Shown: positions 29,123-38,858, numbered from the stretch's first letter. The stretch: 64,000 nt of DNA from an uncultured Gammaproteobacteria bacterium (GCA_964640635.1 CAZXFD010000001.1:248306-312305); one strand, 5' to 3'. Numbers and translations are program-made. Notes: a model not told the origin generated them from the letters alone.

Positions 29123-30157
29123 ATGTACAATTATCTTAAACCAAAAGAATACTACGAAGATCTATATGATAAATTTACCGTAAAAAGATGCCTTGATCAT
29201 GAAAGATTCTTTTTAAAACAACAGATAGATCCAAATGATAAGGATGCTAAAGAAAAAGAAAGGGTCTTAAATGCAGCACTTGGGGTGTCTCTATATTTCA
29301 TAAAAGGATATAGATATAAAGAAAAAGAATCCACTATTCAAGAATGGATGAATAGAGATAAGGAGATTGATAGAAGATTGGAGGAAGCTATACTATATAA
29401 CGTAAAATGTCCTTTTTGTCACAGTGCTAATATGAGTCTAGAGTCTAAAGACGTGCTTGAAGAGCGTGTTTTATTTTTATATAAATGCGATGATTGCAAG
29501 AAAATAAGTTCTTTCAATGAATATGGTGAAAGAAAAACATTTGAATCAAGGTGTCCTAAATGTAACGATATATTAGAGGGTAAAGCGAAAAGAGAAAAAG
29601 ACAAAATAACATCTTATTATAAATGTCCTAGCTGTAATTATAAAGAAAAACCAGAGGTATATTTATTTAAAAATAAAAAGGAAGAAGATAACAGTTGGAA
29701 AAAATACAGAGAAATATGTTGTTTTAGCGAAATTAAGGGTAGAGAATTTATTGACGGAGAAATAAGATTAAAGGGTATGAGAGATCTTGTTGATGAAATA
29801 AAGACAATGGATGCTAACAAGGGGCTTTACGAAAGACTAGATAAATTAGAAAAATTAAATATTGCCAAACTAAAAGAACTATTAAATAAGTCTTTAGTAA
29901 AAAACAAATATACACAATTAAAATTTTCAGAACCTGAGATTGGTAAAGATGTCATTGTCAGCTTCAAAGTTCAAGACAACGACGCAGTAAGAGAAGAATA
30001 TGAAAGTAAAGATGAATTAAAAAAGACAATCAACGAAACACTTAAAAATACTAATTGGAGATTAATGAGTGATGGTGTTAATTATAGACTAGGCTTTTTA
30101 AGTGGGAGATTAAGAGGATATGAAAATAAGGACGATTTATTAAAGTTAGTGAAGTAA
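29123..30157 (+). CDS. Zinc-ribbon-containing hypothetical protein
   Basis: Four CxxC motifs (CPFC, CDDC, CPKC, CPSC). Confidence 0.7.
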   Translation: MYNYLKPKEYYEDLYDKFTVKRCLDHERFFLKQQIDPNDKDAKEKERVLNAALGVSLYFIKGYRYKEKESTIQEWMNRDKEIDRRLEEAILYNVKCPFCHSANMSLESKDVLEERVLFLYKCDDCKKISSFNEYGERKTFESRCPKCNDILEGKAKREKDKITSYYKCPSCNYKEKPEVYLFKNKKEEDNSWKKYREICCFSEIKGREFIDGEIRLKGMRDLVDEIKTMDANKGLYERLDKLEKLNIAKLKELLNKSLVKNKYTQLKFSEPEIGKDVIVSFKVQDNDAVREEYESKDELKKTINETLKNTNWRLMSDGVNYRLGFLSGRLRGYENKDDLLKLVK

Positions 30158-30165
30158 AATTTATG

Positions 30166-30975
30166 CTATACATTAATTTGTTTATTCTTTATAATCACGG
30201 CACCATTTTCTTGGATTAATTTATTTACAGATAAAATTCTTTCTTTAAATTCATTTGGTTGACTTTCAAAACATTCTTGATAATCCTTGCTCCACTTTTC
30301 GATTAGTAGCATTGAAGCATTTTTGCCTATTTCATATAAATCTTCTGGGGATATAAATTTCAACTTAAAATTTGTAAGTTTCTCTAATTTTCTGGATTTA
30401 TTTTTTAGCATAGAATCCGAAATCTGCAATCCACGATCAACTGATAAAAAATGGGTCAAAGAATTTCTTAAATAACGCAATTCTTCTACGGTTATATTAT
30501 TTGCTCTTTCCTTATTTATTTGTACCCATTTATTATTTTTGTTGAGACAAAAATTGCCATAAAAGGATTTCCAGACTTTTTTATCTAAAGTTAATTTTCT
30601 GATTTCCGCTCCATCACTAATTTTATTTTCATAGGCAAATTCTAATCTCATTAATGTCTCTAGGTAAGCAAATAAAAATATCGCCTCTGATCGAACCGAA
30701 TTAACACCCATTAATTTTTCTGCGGTAGTGGTTGGATTCTCAGAAAGTGTGAATCTAAATTCGATTGAATTTTCTTTAAGTTTTTGAAAAAGTGCTTGTA
30801 TAAGTTTTAAATTTTCAGCATACTGTAGACCTATTTCCCATAGTTTTTTATTAAATCCTAAAATATCCTCAATCTCTTTTTCTATCTCCTGTAGAAAATT
30901 AACTATGGGCATCAAATTGGGAGAAATAACAATTTTCTTTCCATCAAAAACAATATGTGTATTTTGGTATTGCAT
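30166..30975 (-). CDS. Putative HEPN-domain protein
   Basis: All-helical-looking sequence with RxxxxH motif (LRNSLTHF) and an upstream LE..MR helix; last gene of the RM operon. Confidence 0.55.
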   Translation of the reverse strand: MQYQNTHIVFDGKKIVISPNLMPIVNFLQEIEKEIEDILGFNKKLWEIGLQYAENLKLIQALFQKLKENSIEFRFTLSENPTTTAEKLMGVNSVRSEAIFLFAYLETLMRLEFAYENKISDGAEIRKLTLDKKVWKSFYGNFCLNKNNKWVQINKERANNITVEELRYLRNSLTHFLSVDRGLQISDSMLKNKSRKLEKLTNFKLKFISPEDLYEIGKNASMLLIEKWSKDYQECFESQPNEFKERILSVNKLIQENGAVIIKNKQINV

Positions 30976-31010
30976 ATTAATATTAAATAATTCTATTCTT
31001 TATAAGAATA

Positions 31011-33689
31011 TTACCTATTACCAAACAAATCAATTAATTGTTTAAAACTCGTTGGTTTATATTTATCCCACTCTTCTTGTTTAACATAAAGCATTTTATA
31101 TGAAATCTTTTTCTGTCTTTCGCTGGCGTCATCACACCATTGTGCTAATCTCTTTATTTTTTCAATATCATCTAAATCTTCCCTTCCTTTTGTTTCTACA
31201 ATATAAATTGTTTTATTATCTGGTTTCACAAAAAAATCTGGATAATAACTAGAAATTGCTCCGCTAGCATTTTTGTAGTCAATTTTAAAATGAATTTCAT
31301 AATAGTTTTTTGCAAAAGAAATTACATCATCCGCGGTTTCTAAAAAGTCTGCGAATTCTAATTCAAAATCACTATCGCCAACAATTTTATTAAAAACGCT
31401 TTTCTTTGGCAACAAATATTTTTTATCAGTAACTACAAATGGTCTAGCACTGCTTACTTTAAGATAGTTTTTTATTTCTGTATCACCAACATCTTGTACC
31501 GTTAAGTTATTTATTTCTTTTTTAAATGTTTCTACAATTGTTTTAACTGCTTCTAGTTCTGACAAATTTCTTAAAATATTTAAATCATTTAAATCAATAT
31601 TTTCATTAAACAAATGATTAATAATAAATTCTTTCACTTTACCAAATAAAATATCATAACAACCAAAAAGACGAAGTTCCTTCATTATCCTTTGTACGAA
31701 GAAACCGACAACACTTTGATAATTAGGTTCAATAAAAGTTTCTAAAATTGTTGTGTGGTGTATTTTATCGTCAATGACTTCTTTAAATACTATCTCTTTT
31801 TTTTCTGCTTCTGAAAACTGTTTTATTTTAATTTTCTCATGTTTAAAATTTGACGCATCTAACAAATTAAGATTTTTATATTCTCTTTGTATTCTTGGCG
31901 TTAATACTGGTAATTCTATATCCAAATTTTCAATATCTTTTTTTACATTTTCTGTATCAACTTCAATAACAGTTGGTGTAATTGGAGAACCACTACGATC
32001 CATTTTTCTTTTTTCCAACTCAACGCCTTCTGCTTTTATAGATTCAACGAACTCCATAAACGCAGGAGTTCCAATAACACTCACATATTCTTCTACGTCT
32101 TGACCAAAAAACATTCTTCTAAGACCACGTCCTAAAGTTTGCTCTGGCAATATTTTTGAATCAGATCCATATGGACGCAAACCAACTATTGTAGTTACAT
32201 TTTTCACATCCCAACCTTCTTTCAACATAAGAACGGATACGATTACTTTATACGGACTTTCTGAACTATCTATGTTATTAGCTTGCTTTCTCAATTCTTC
32301 AAGTTCTTCTTTGCTTTTTCCAGAAACACTTTCGGAAATTTCACCGCTTTGATTTGTGTGAATTGTTAAGACACAACCCTTTAATTTAGGGTAATGTTTT
32401 TCTAAAAATTCAGCTACATCATCGCAATTTCTAGTATTATCTGCCATTATAAATAAAATTGATTTTTTACCGGTTGGTTTTAATTCTTTATATGTCTTTT
32501 CCCATTCTTCAACTCCTAGTCTTATAAAATCTTCGTATTTTTCTGCAAAAAGAGAACTTTGTTTTTCTTGAAGTTTGGCTCTACTTGCTTGATCTGGTAA
32601 AACTGGATTTTTTACAACGCCTTGATGTATTGCTTCAACCAATGGATAATCCGAAACTGTTTGAACAAAAATTTCACCCCTATTGTTTTTTGGCGTTGCG
32701 GTTACATCAATCTGTAATGCTAATTTTTTATCTTTTTGTAATAATTTATTGTGTATATCTTCAATAGATTTAAACCAAGCCATTTTTGGATCGTGTATAT
32801 GATGAGCTTCGTCGTTTATAACCATGAGTTCATCGACGTCTCTGACTATTTCCCCCAAGTCTACTTTTGAATCATTTGTTTTTCCAACTACTTTATTGCC
32901 AAGAAAATAATCTGATGTATCTTCATCTTCAAAGCTTGATTCATTTATACTACCCTCATACACTCTATGAATATTTGTAAGAAAAATATTTCCAGATTTT
33001 GAAATCGTGCCAACTTCATCTTGTAAATGAAGTTTAATTTGAAAATCATCTTGCCAATTTTGTCCGCAATAACCATTATCAGGCAAAATAGGATCTTCAT
33101 AAAATATTTTTAATCCCTCGAAGTCATTTTTTATTCTATCTAAAACAATGATATTTGGAGTTATTAATAAAAAGTTTTTTGAAAGTTCTGAGTTTTCTTC
33201 ATATAGTTTATGAAAATAAGACCATGCTAAAATCAAACTCATTACTTTTGTTTTTCCTGCACCTGTAGCCATTTTAACAACAAAACGAAGCCAATCCTCT
33301 GTAAACATATTAGGGCTTACTCTACCTAACTTATCGAATTTAATTAAATCATATTTGTTTTCAACTTTTTCTACATCATAAAGCCAAATAATTGTTTCCA
33401 CTGCTTCTCTTTGTGCAAAATAATACTGAAAGGAAATACTTGTTCCGTCTTTAATAAAAATAGTGTGCGGTTCTTTAAACCACCAATTTAATAAAGCTTT
33501 TGAAGTTTCACTTGCCCCACTATAATCATTCTTTCTCCATTCATCTATTCTTTCTCTTAATTCTGGAACGAATGGTGGTAAAAGTTTTTCATATCCTTTT
33601 TCACGTAAATCTTCATCTGCAGGAAACCATCTAATAGATGGCTCTAGTATTTGAAACTTATCTTTTGGAAAATCTTTATGTAATGCCAT
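31011..33689 (-). CDS. res: Type III restriction endonuclease Res subunit
   Basis: MATGAGKT Walker A, NDEAHH, EGWDV, QTLGRGLR, C-terminal YPDF...IVETKG PD-(D/E)XK nuclease. Confidence 0.92.
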   Translation of the reverse strand: MALHKDFPKDKFQILEPSIRWFPADEDLREKGYEKLLPPFVPELRERIDEWRKNDYSGASETSKALLNWWFKEPHTIFIKDGTSISFQYYFAQREAVETIIWLYDVEKVENKYDLIKFDKLGRVSPNMFTEDWLRFVVKMATGAGKTKVMSLILAWSYFHKLYEENSELSKNFLLITPNIIVLDRIKNDFEGLKIFYEDPILPDNGYCGQNWQDDFQIKLHLQDEVGTISKSGNIFLTNIHRVYEGSINESSFEDEDTSDYFLGNKVVGKTNDSKVDLGEIVRDVDELMVINDEAHHIHDPKMAWFKSIEDIHNKLLQKDKKLALQIDVTATPKNNRGEIFVQTVSDYPLVEAIHQGVVKNPVLPDQASRAKLQEKQSSLFAEKYEDFIRLGVEEWEKTYKELKPTGKKSILFIMADNTRNCDDVAEFLEKHYPKLKGCVLTIHTNQSGEISESVSGKSKEELEELRKQANNIDSSESPYKVIVSVLMLKEGWDVKNVTTIVGLRPYGSDSKILPEQTLGRGLRRMFFGQDVEEYVSVIGTPAFMEFVESIKAEGVELEKRKMDRSGSPITPTVIEVDTENVKKDIENLDIELPVLTPRIQREYKNLNLLDASNFKHEKIKIKQFSEAEKKEIVFKEVIDDKIHHTTILETFIEPNYQSVVGFFVQRIMKELRLFGCYDILFGKVKEFIINHLFNENIDLNDLNILRNLSELEAVKTIVETFKKEINNLTVQDVGDTEIKNYLKVSSARPFVVTDKKYLLPKKSVFNKIVGDSDFELEFADFLETADDVISFAKNYYEIHFKIDYKNASGAISSYYPDFFVKPDNKTIYIVETKGREDLDDIEKIKRLAQWCDDASERQKKISYKMLYVKQEEWDKYKPTSFKQLIDLFGNR

Positions 33690-33693
33690 AAAA

Positions 33694-35421
33694 TTATTTT
33701 TTCAACCATTGAAATATATCATTAAAATTAGATTTAGTTTTTTTATTGAATTTATCAATACTATTTTTAGAAAACTTAATATCCTCTAAGAATAATCTTG
33801 CAAGTAATTCTTTTTTTCTATCTTTTGCAATTTCAGAATTTGCCTTATTATAGGAATGACGCTCTTTTAAAATATACTTATTAAAATCGGTTTTGTAAAA
33901 TAAGTCTTCTACGCCCTCAAAGCCATCTAATTTTTTGATAGTTCTGCTTAAATCGTCTTCGTTATATGGAAAAAAATATTTTACAATATCCCTATAAACA
34001 CTTTTGCCCTCCTTACCATCATCAAAGATAACTTTAAATTTTACTCCCCAACCAATTAAAATACTTATTAGTGGGCGTATATTTTTTACACCACAAGCAG
34101 GAATAAATAGATAATCTTCTTTTATGTCAAGCAACTTTTTAAACGCCTGGAGATAATATTGATCCGTTATTCCTTCCACTACAATACAAGTTTTACTTGT
34201 ATCAATGATCTGGCCAAAATAACTGATACCCATTGCTGTGATTATTGGAGATAGAGCATCCTTACTTGCACCCTCTTTTGATGATGCAAATTGAGCAATG
34301 TTATTTATTTTAGTCCCACCATCCTTCATTTGAAAAATGAGTCTAATTCTTAATAATTCATCATCATTAACTCCAATAAGTGATGGATTGTGTGTGGTAT
34401 ATAAAATTTGCATCCCTTTTTTAGCAAGCTCCTCTAATACAACCTTTACATTTTTTTGAGCAGTCTCATGTAAGCCCTGCCCCGGCTCATCTATTAAAAG
34501 AATATAGTTATTGAAATTTTTATTTTCAACTCCAAGAGCTTTTAATCTAAGCATAAAAGCATTAAACCATTGAAACCCCTTGCTTTTTTGTTCCATAAAC
34601 AGAGGTATTCCATCTTCTCTATGAATAAGAAACTCTACTCTTGACTCTTCATTGTTTGGAATAAGATTAATATCAAAACGATATTTATCTTCAATGCCGT
34701 CAATTCTCTTTTGAGTCCAGTAAGTATTGAGATCTAGTTCTGCCATTTTTTCAATTGAATTTTTAATTGTACTTCTCTCTTGGGGAGTTTTATTCATCAC
34801 TTCTTTAAAATTCACATCAAAAATTTGTTGAAAATCTTGGACTGCTTGGTTAGATTCTATATTTGCTATATTTATTTCACCCGGCAGTAAATTAGAAAAC
34901 GAATCGTACATTATAAATTCTGGCAATAAATTTATAACATGAGACACCACAGTATCTAAAAATTCTTCTTTAGCTTTCAAAATTGCTTTTTCATGTTCTT
35001 CTCCCTCACTATCTATTCCTTGAGATAAATCAATTTTTGAAATTATCTCTTCCATTTTCAAAACACTTTCATCAGAAATATAAATATCCCCAGACTCTTC
35101 ATCTGAAGTTCCGCTTCTATAACAAGTGACTACTTTAAGTTCTTTTATAGTTTTATTTATTCTATCATCTTCTGAATTATAATCTTTATTTTCAAAACAA
35201 AAGATACACGTAATCTTAGGTTCCGAGTTAATTCTTTTAGAGAGCTTAATAAATTTTTCATCTGGGCCATTTTTAAAATAATTTAAAGCCTCTAGTATTG
35301 CACTCTTACCAGCTTCATTTTGTCCAGCAAGAACGGTTATATTATCTTTTTCTGAGAGATGACATACACCAGAGTTGATAATGGATTTTACATGCTCAAT
35401 TTGAAAGGATTGTAGTCTCAT
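33694..35421 (-). CDS. OLD-family ATP-dependent nuclease (ABC ATPase + TOPRIM)
   Basis: GQNEAGKS Walker A, SKG signature, LLIDEP Walker B, TTH switch; TOPRIM motifs VVEGITD and FDDG.EG. Confidence 0.87.
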   Translation of the reverse strand: MRLQSFQIEHVKSIINSGVCHLSEKDNITVLAGQNEAGKSAILEALNYFKNGPDEKFIKLSKRINSEPKITCIFCFENKDYNSEDDRINKTIKELKVVTCYRSGTSDEESGDIYISDESVLKMEEIISKIDLSQGIDSEGEEHEKAILKAKEEFLDTVVSHVINLLPEFIMYDSFSNLLPGEINIANIESNQAVQDFQQIFDVNFKEVMNKTPQERSTIKNSIEKMAELDLNTYWTQKRIDGIEDKYRFDINLIPNNEESRVEFLIHREDGIPLFMEQKSKGFQWFNAFMLRLKALGVENKNFNNYILLIDEPGQGLHETAQKNVKVVLEELAKKGMQILYTTHNPSLIGVNDDELLRIRLIFQMKDGGTKINNIAQFASSKEGASKDALSPIITAMGISYFGQIIDTSKTCIVVEGITDQYYLQAFKKLLDIKEDYLFIPACGVKNIRPLISILIGWGVKFKVIFDDGKEGKSVYRDIVKYFFPYNEDDLSRTIKKLDGFEGVEDLFYKTDFNKYILKERHSYNKANSEIAKDRKKELLARLFLEDIKFSKNSIDKFNKKTKSNFNDIFQWLKK

Positions 35422-37532
35422 ATGTTTATTTCTATTACTTTAGTCGTATCATTACCAAAAATATCAATAACTTTTATTGCTATTTTTGTTTTGCCTTTTG
35501 GCATTTCTTTTGGAGCTGAAACAAGTTCTAAATTTCGATCTTTTTTAGTTCTAAAAGATTGCCATTCATTTTCAAAAATATAATTTCCCGTCCATTGTTC
35601 TTTTTCTTCTTGAGTTTTTTCATCAATTATTCGAATAATTTCTTTTTTGCTTTCAAAATTAAAATCAATAGACCAATAATCAATCCAATCAGTCCATTTT
35701 TTTGTTAAAATTTCTCTTTCGATAATATCTGTATTTTTATCTTTAGATATTTTTATAACTTGACCATTTTCGATAAGAATTTTACTTCCGCCAGCTTTCA
35801 ATGCTTCTTCTACTTCTCCGGTATTGTCTTGATTATAAAAAACACTAAAATCTGTTAATTCAATTGAGACATCCTTAACATTACCACGACCTTTTATAAT
35901 TGGCTTAACTTCAATATAGGCTATATCATAAAACTTTACCTGTCCTTTCTCTACGGCTTTTTTATCAAAAACTTCTCTTGGTATTACTTTGAATTGAATA
36001 TCTAATCCTTGTTTTTTAGTTTCTTCAAAATCTAATCCCATTTCATAATCAAATCCAAGAACATCCGCTTTTGTAATTCCTTTTTCTTTACATTCTTTAA
36101 TTATCTCATCTAAAAAATTGCTTGTAATAGGTGTATCTATTTGTCCTACAGCTACGAGTCTATCTCTTTTTTTACCAACAAAAAAATTGAACGAGTCTAC
36201 TAGTTCGGCTTTATAAGCAGATAAGATAAGTCTTATAAATTCTTTTTCTTTATTTTCTTTTTGAATTCTTTTTTCTTCTTCTCTTAAATTTTCATTTATA
36301 GTTAAAAATTTTTCTCTTTCATATTTTCCAATATTTAAAATTTCAAATGCTCTGAAATTTTTACCTTGTTTTTTTAATTCTCTTTGAACACCAATCATTC
36401 TTTTACGGGTAGTGTGAATAGAAAATTTACCCAAATCTGAACCAATCCATTTCCTACCTAACTTTTCTGCAACCGCCAATGTAGTTCCGGAACCAACAAA
36501 AAAATCAGCTATAAGATCTCCTTCGTTAGAGGATGCTTTAATAATTCTTTCCATTAATGCTTGTGGTTTTTGGGTAGGATATCCTATGTGTTCTGGTAGA
36601 GCGTGAAACACTTGGACAACATTATTTTCTTTTCTATCCAACCACGTCCAAACATCATCTGCCTTTCTACCCTCATCAGCATAATATCTAGTCGCGTTGT
36701 TATTTCCAGACATTCTATATTTTCTACCATCTTTATCAATTAGAGGGTAAATTTTTTCGTCTTTGACCAATAGTCTAATTGCATTATAGATATTTTGATT
36801 TTTAGTTTTAGTGTAAACTAAAATATTATCGTGTTTTTTTGCAAAACCCTTTAGTGGTGCTGTCCCGGCTTGATAATGCCAGATTAATTCATTGAGAAAA
36901 TTATCTTTTCCAAAAATTTCGTCTAATATCAGTCTAATAAAACTATTTACCCTCCAGTCACAGTGAACATAGATTGTTCCATCAGAAGCAAGTAAGTCGT
37001 ACATTAATTTTAATCTCTCATAAATCATGGCCACAAAACTATCCATGCCCCTTCCCCACGTATCTCTAAATGCAATCTCTTCAATCACTGATGGTTTTTT
37101 AGTAAAAGATTCTTCACCAATTTCAATATCCATAGAAAAATCTGCTCCAACATCAAATGGTGGATCAATATAAATAAGTTTTAATCCATCTTCAGCTTCA
37201 ATTTGTTTTCTGAGTGGACCATTTTTTAATGATGATAAAATTAATTTATTATCTCCCCAAATAAGTTTATTTGTCCATCCTTGAATTTGTCTTCCAGATG
37301 TATCAAAAATAGAACTTTGTAAATTCATAGTTTCCTCACTTCTTGGCTCATCAATATTTTCTATTGTTTGAAATGGTAATACGATATTTTCTACCTCATC
37401 AGTTTTGCCATTCCATAAAAGCTCAACTTCTCTATTATCATCAAACAGTAAAAATCTATACTTTTCCGGTAGTGGTTTTCCAACTTCTAGATATTTTATA
37501 ATATCTCGTTTTTCGTTATCTGTTAGTTGCAT
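35418..37532 (-). CDS. mod: Type III DNA methyltransferase Mod subunit (N6-adenine, beta class)
   Basis: WGDN, IYIDPPF catalytic motif, YPTQKP, DFFVGSGTT SAM-binding motif. Confidence 0.92.
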   Translation of the reverse strand: MQLTDNEKRDIIKYLEVGKPLPEKYRFLLFDDNREVELLWNGKTDEVENIVLPFQTIENIDEPRSEETMNLQSSIFDTSGRQIQGWTNKLIWGDNKLILSSLKNGPLRKQIEAEDGLKLIYIDPPFDVGADFSMDIEIGEESFTKKPSVIEEIAFRDTWGRGMDSFVAMIYERLKLMYDLLASDGTIYVHCDWRVNSFIRLILDEIFGKDNFLNELIWHYQAGTAPLKGFAKKHDNILVYTKTKNQNIYNAIRLLVKDEKIYPLIDKDGRKYRMSGNNNATRYYADEGRKADDVWTWLDRKENNVVQVFHALPEHIGYPTQKPQALMERIIKASSNEGDLIADFFVGSGTTLAVAEKLGRKWIGSDLGKFSIHTTRKRMIGVQRELKKQGKNFRAFEILNIGKYEREKFLTINENLREEEKRIQKENKEKEFIRLILSAYKAELVDSFNFFVGKKRDRLVAVGQIDTPITSNFLDEIIKECKEKGITKADVLGFDYEMGLDFEETKKQGLDIQFKVIPREVFDKKAVEKGQVKFYDIAYIEVKPIIKGRGNVKDVSIELTDFSVFYNQDNTGEVEEALKAGGSKILIENGQVIKISKDKNTDIIEREILTKKWTDWIDYWSIDFNFESKKEIIRIIDEKTQEEKEQWTGNYIFENEWQSFRTKKDRNLELVSAPKEMPKGKTKIAIKVIDIFGNDTTKVIEINI

Positions 37533-37883
37533 ATTGATTAATGTTTAGATATATTAATATGTTTAATAATCTCACATTTTAAGGCAAAAATCAATTTAAA
37601 AAACATCCCTGAAAATTAAGGATGTGTTTTTCTTATATCTCTAGAGATGCCATATGTAACTCAAAAAACTTTTTCAAAAGTCAGGGGTCAATTTAATCGA
37701 CGGGGGGTGGTCAACTCTATCAATATTGTTAGTGTCACATTGTGACACTATTGTGCCTAAGAGTTGACCCTCCATCTTAAAACTGATAATATTTAATCAC
37801 AATTGATAAGTTATATTTCTAGCATTTAAGAGGCTTTTATAAACTTTACACAGTATTAATCAATCATTATTAAAATAGCTTAC

Positions 37884-37932
37884 ACAGGTTCTGGTCCTGT
37901 TAATCTAGGTTCGATTCCTAGTCCCCGAGCCA
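37884..37932 (+). repeat. attR: displaced 3' half of tRNA-Gln
   Basis: ACAGGTTCTGGTCCTGTTAATCTAGGTTCGATTCCTAGTCCCCGAGCCA; has no D-arm or 5' acceptor strand. Confidence 0.92.
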
Positions 37933-37996
37933 CTATATTTAAAACTAGCTCCGTGCTATAATTGAATTTAGTTTTTAATCTTAAATAATCAATATT

Positions 37997-38077
37997 ATGT
38001 ACAAAAAGAAAAAGGTAGCAAAAAGAAAGCATAGAAAAAATGCTGGTAAGGAAATTACAAATCTTAGAAATAGATAA
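37997..38077 (+). CDS. Unannotated 26-aa Lys/Arg-rich peptide
   Basis: MYKKKKVAKRKHRKNAGKEITNLRNR*; TGnTATAAT at 37954-37962 and terminator hairpin at 38098-38128. Confidence 0.45.
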   Translation: MYKKKKVAKRKHRKNAGKEITNLRNR

Positions 38078-38189
38078 TTAAAAATATTTTTAAATATAAA
38101 TGACTGGGGTTGTTTCTGGTCATTTTTTATTTACGTGAATACAAAAAAGTTGTATAATAATATTGTTTTAATAATTAAAATAAAAACAA

Positions 38190-38399
38190 ATGCACAGATT
38201 AAACGCATTAGATTTCCTAGCTCTTATACTAGTTATAGTTGGGGCGCTAAATTGGGGAATGGTTGGGCTATTTAATTTAAACGTAGTATCAACTATTTTT
38301 GCTGATATGAACTTTGTAAGCAATTTGATATATGTATTGGTTGCTTCAGCTGGGCTATACTTATTGATAATGCTTGGCAAATTCAATAGAAAAAAATAA
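38190..38399 (+). CDS. DUF378 family membrane protein
   Basis: LVIVGALNWG.VGLF..N.V...F......IYVLV. Confidence 0.85.
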   Translation: MHRLNALDFLALILVIVGALNWGMVGLFNLNVVSTIFADMNFVSNLIYVLVASAGLYLLIMLGKFNRKK

Positions 38400-38545
38400 A
38401 CATATTCATTCTATTAAAAAAGTCGTCTAGATGTTCATCTGACGACTTTTTATTTTACATCAAGAAAACAGTTATAAGTCAATATTCATTTTATTAGTAA
38501 TATGATAAAATATATAAATAATTGATACAATAAAATATTAGCAAT

Positions 38546-38857
38546 ATGAATAAGCTATTTAAACAATCTATTCTGTATTCTGTGTCAGCGCTTGCTTATA
38601 TTGTTTTAGTTGCCTTTTTTATGAATAATGCTTCAAGGTTGTTTGGAAATGATGATAAAGGTATCATGGCGCCAATAGCGGTTTTACTATTACTAGTTTT
38701 GTCAGTTTCAGTTATGGGGGTGCTCATGTTTGGCAAGGCAGTATTAATGTATTTAGACAACAACAAGAAAGATGCTGTAAAGCTTGTGATTTATAATATA
38801 ATAAGCTTATTTATAATCACGATAATATATTTTGGAATATTATTTTTGATTAAATAA
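38546..38857 (+). CDS. Small three-TM membrane protein
   Basis: Three hydrophobic helices. Confidence 0.65.
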   Translation: MNKLFKQSILYSVSALAYIVLVAFFMNNASRLFGNDDKGIMAPIAVLLLLVLSVSVMGVLMFGKAVLMYLDNNKKDAVKLVIYNIISLFIITIIYFGILFLIK

Positions 38858-38858
38858 A

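Larger units (their letters stand above)
22948..37932. mobile_element. Integrative phage-satellite-like element (~14.9 kb) in tRNA-Gln
   Basis: 18-bp exact direct repeat ACAGGTTCTGGTCCTGTT at 22948-22965 and 37884-37901; displaced tRNA 3' half to 37932; integrase, excisionase, TerS-like and helicase genes inside. Confidence 0.9.

Noticed and set aside
22948-37932. Complete prophage
   Set aside because: No large terminase, portal, capsid, tail or lysis genes between the att sites.
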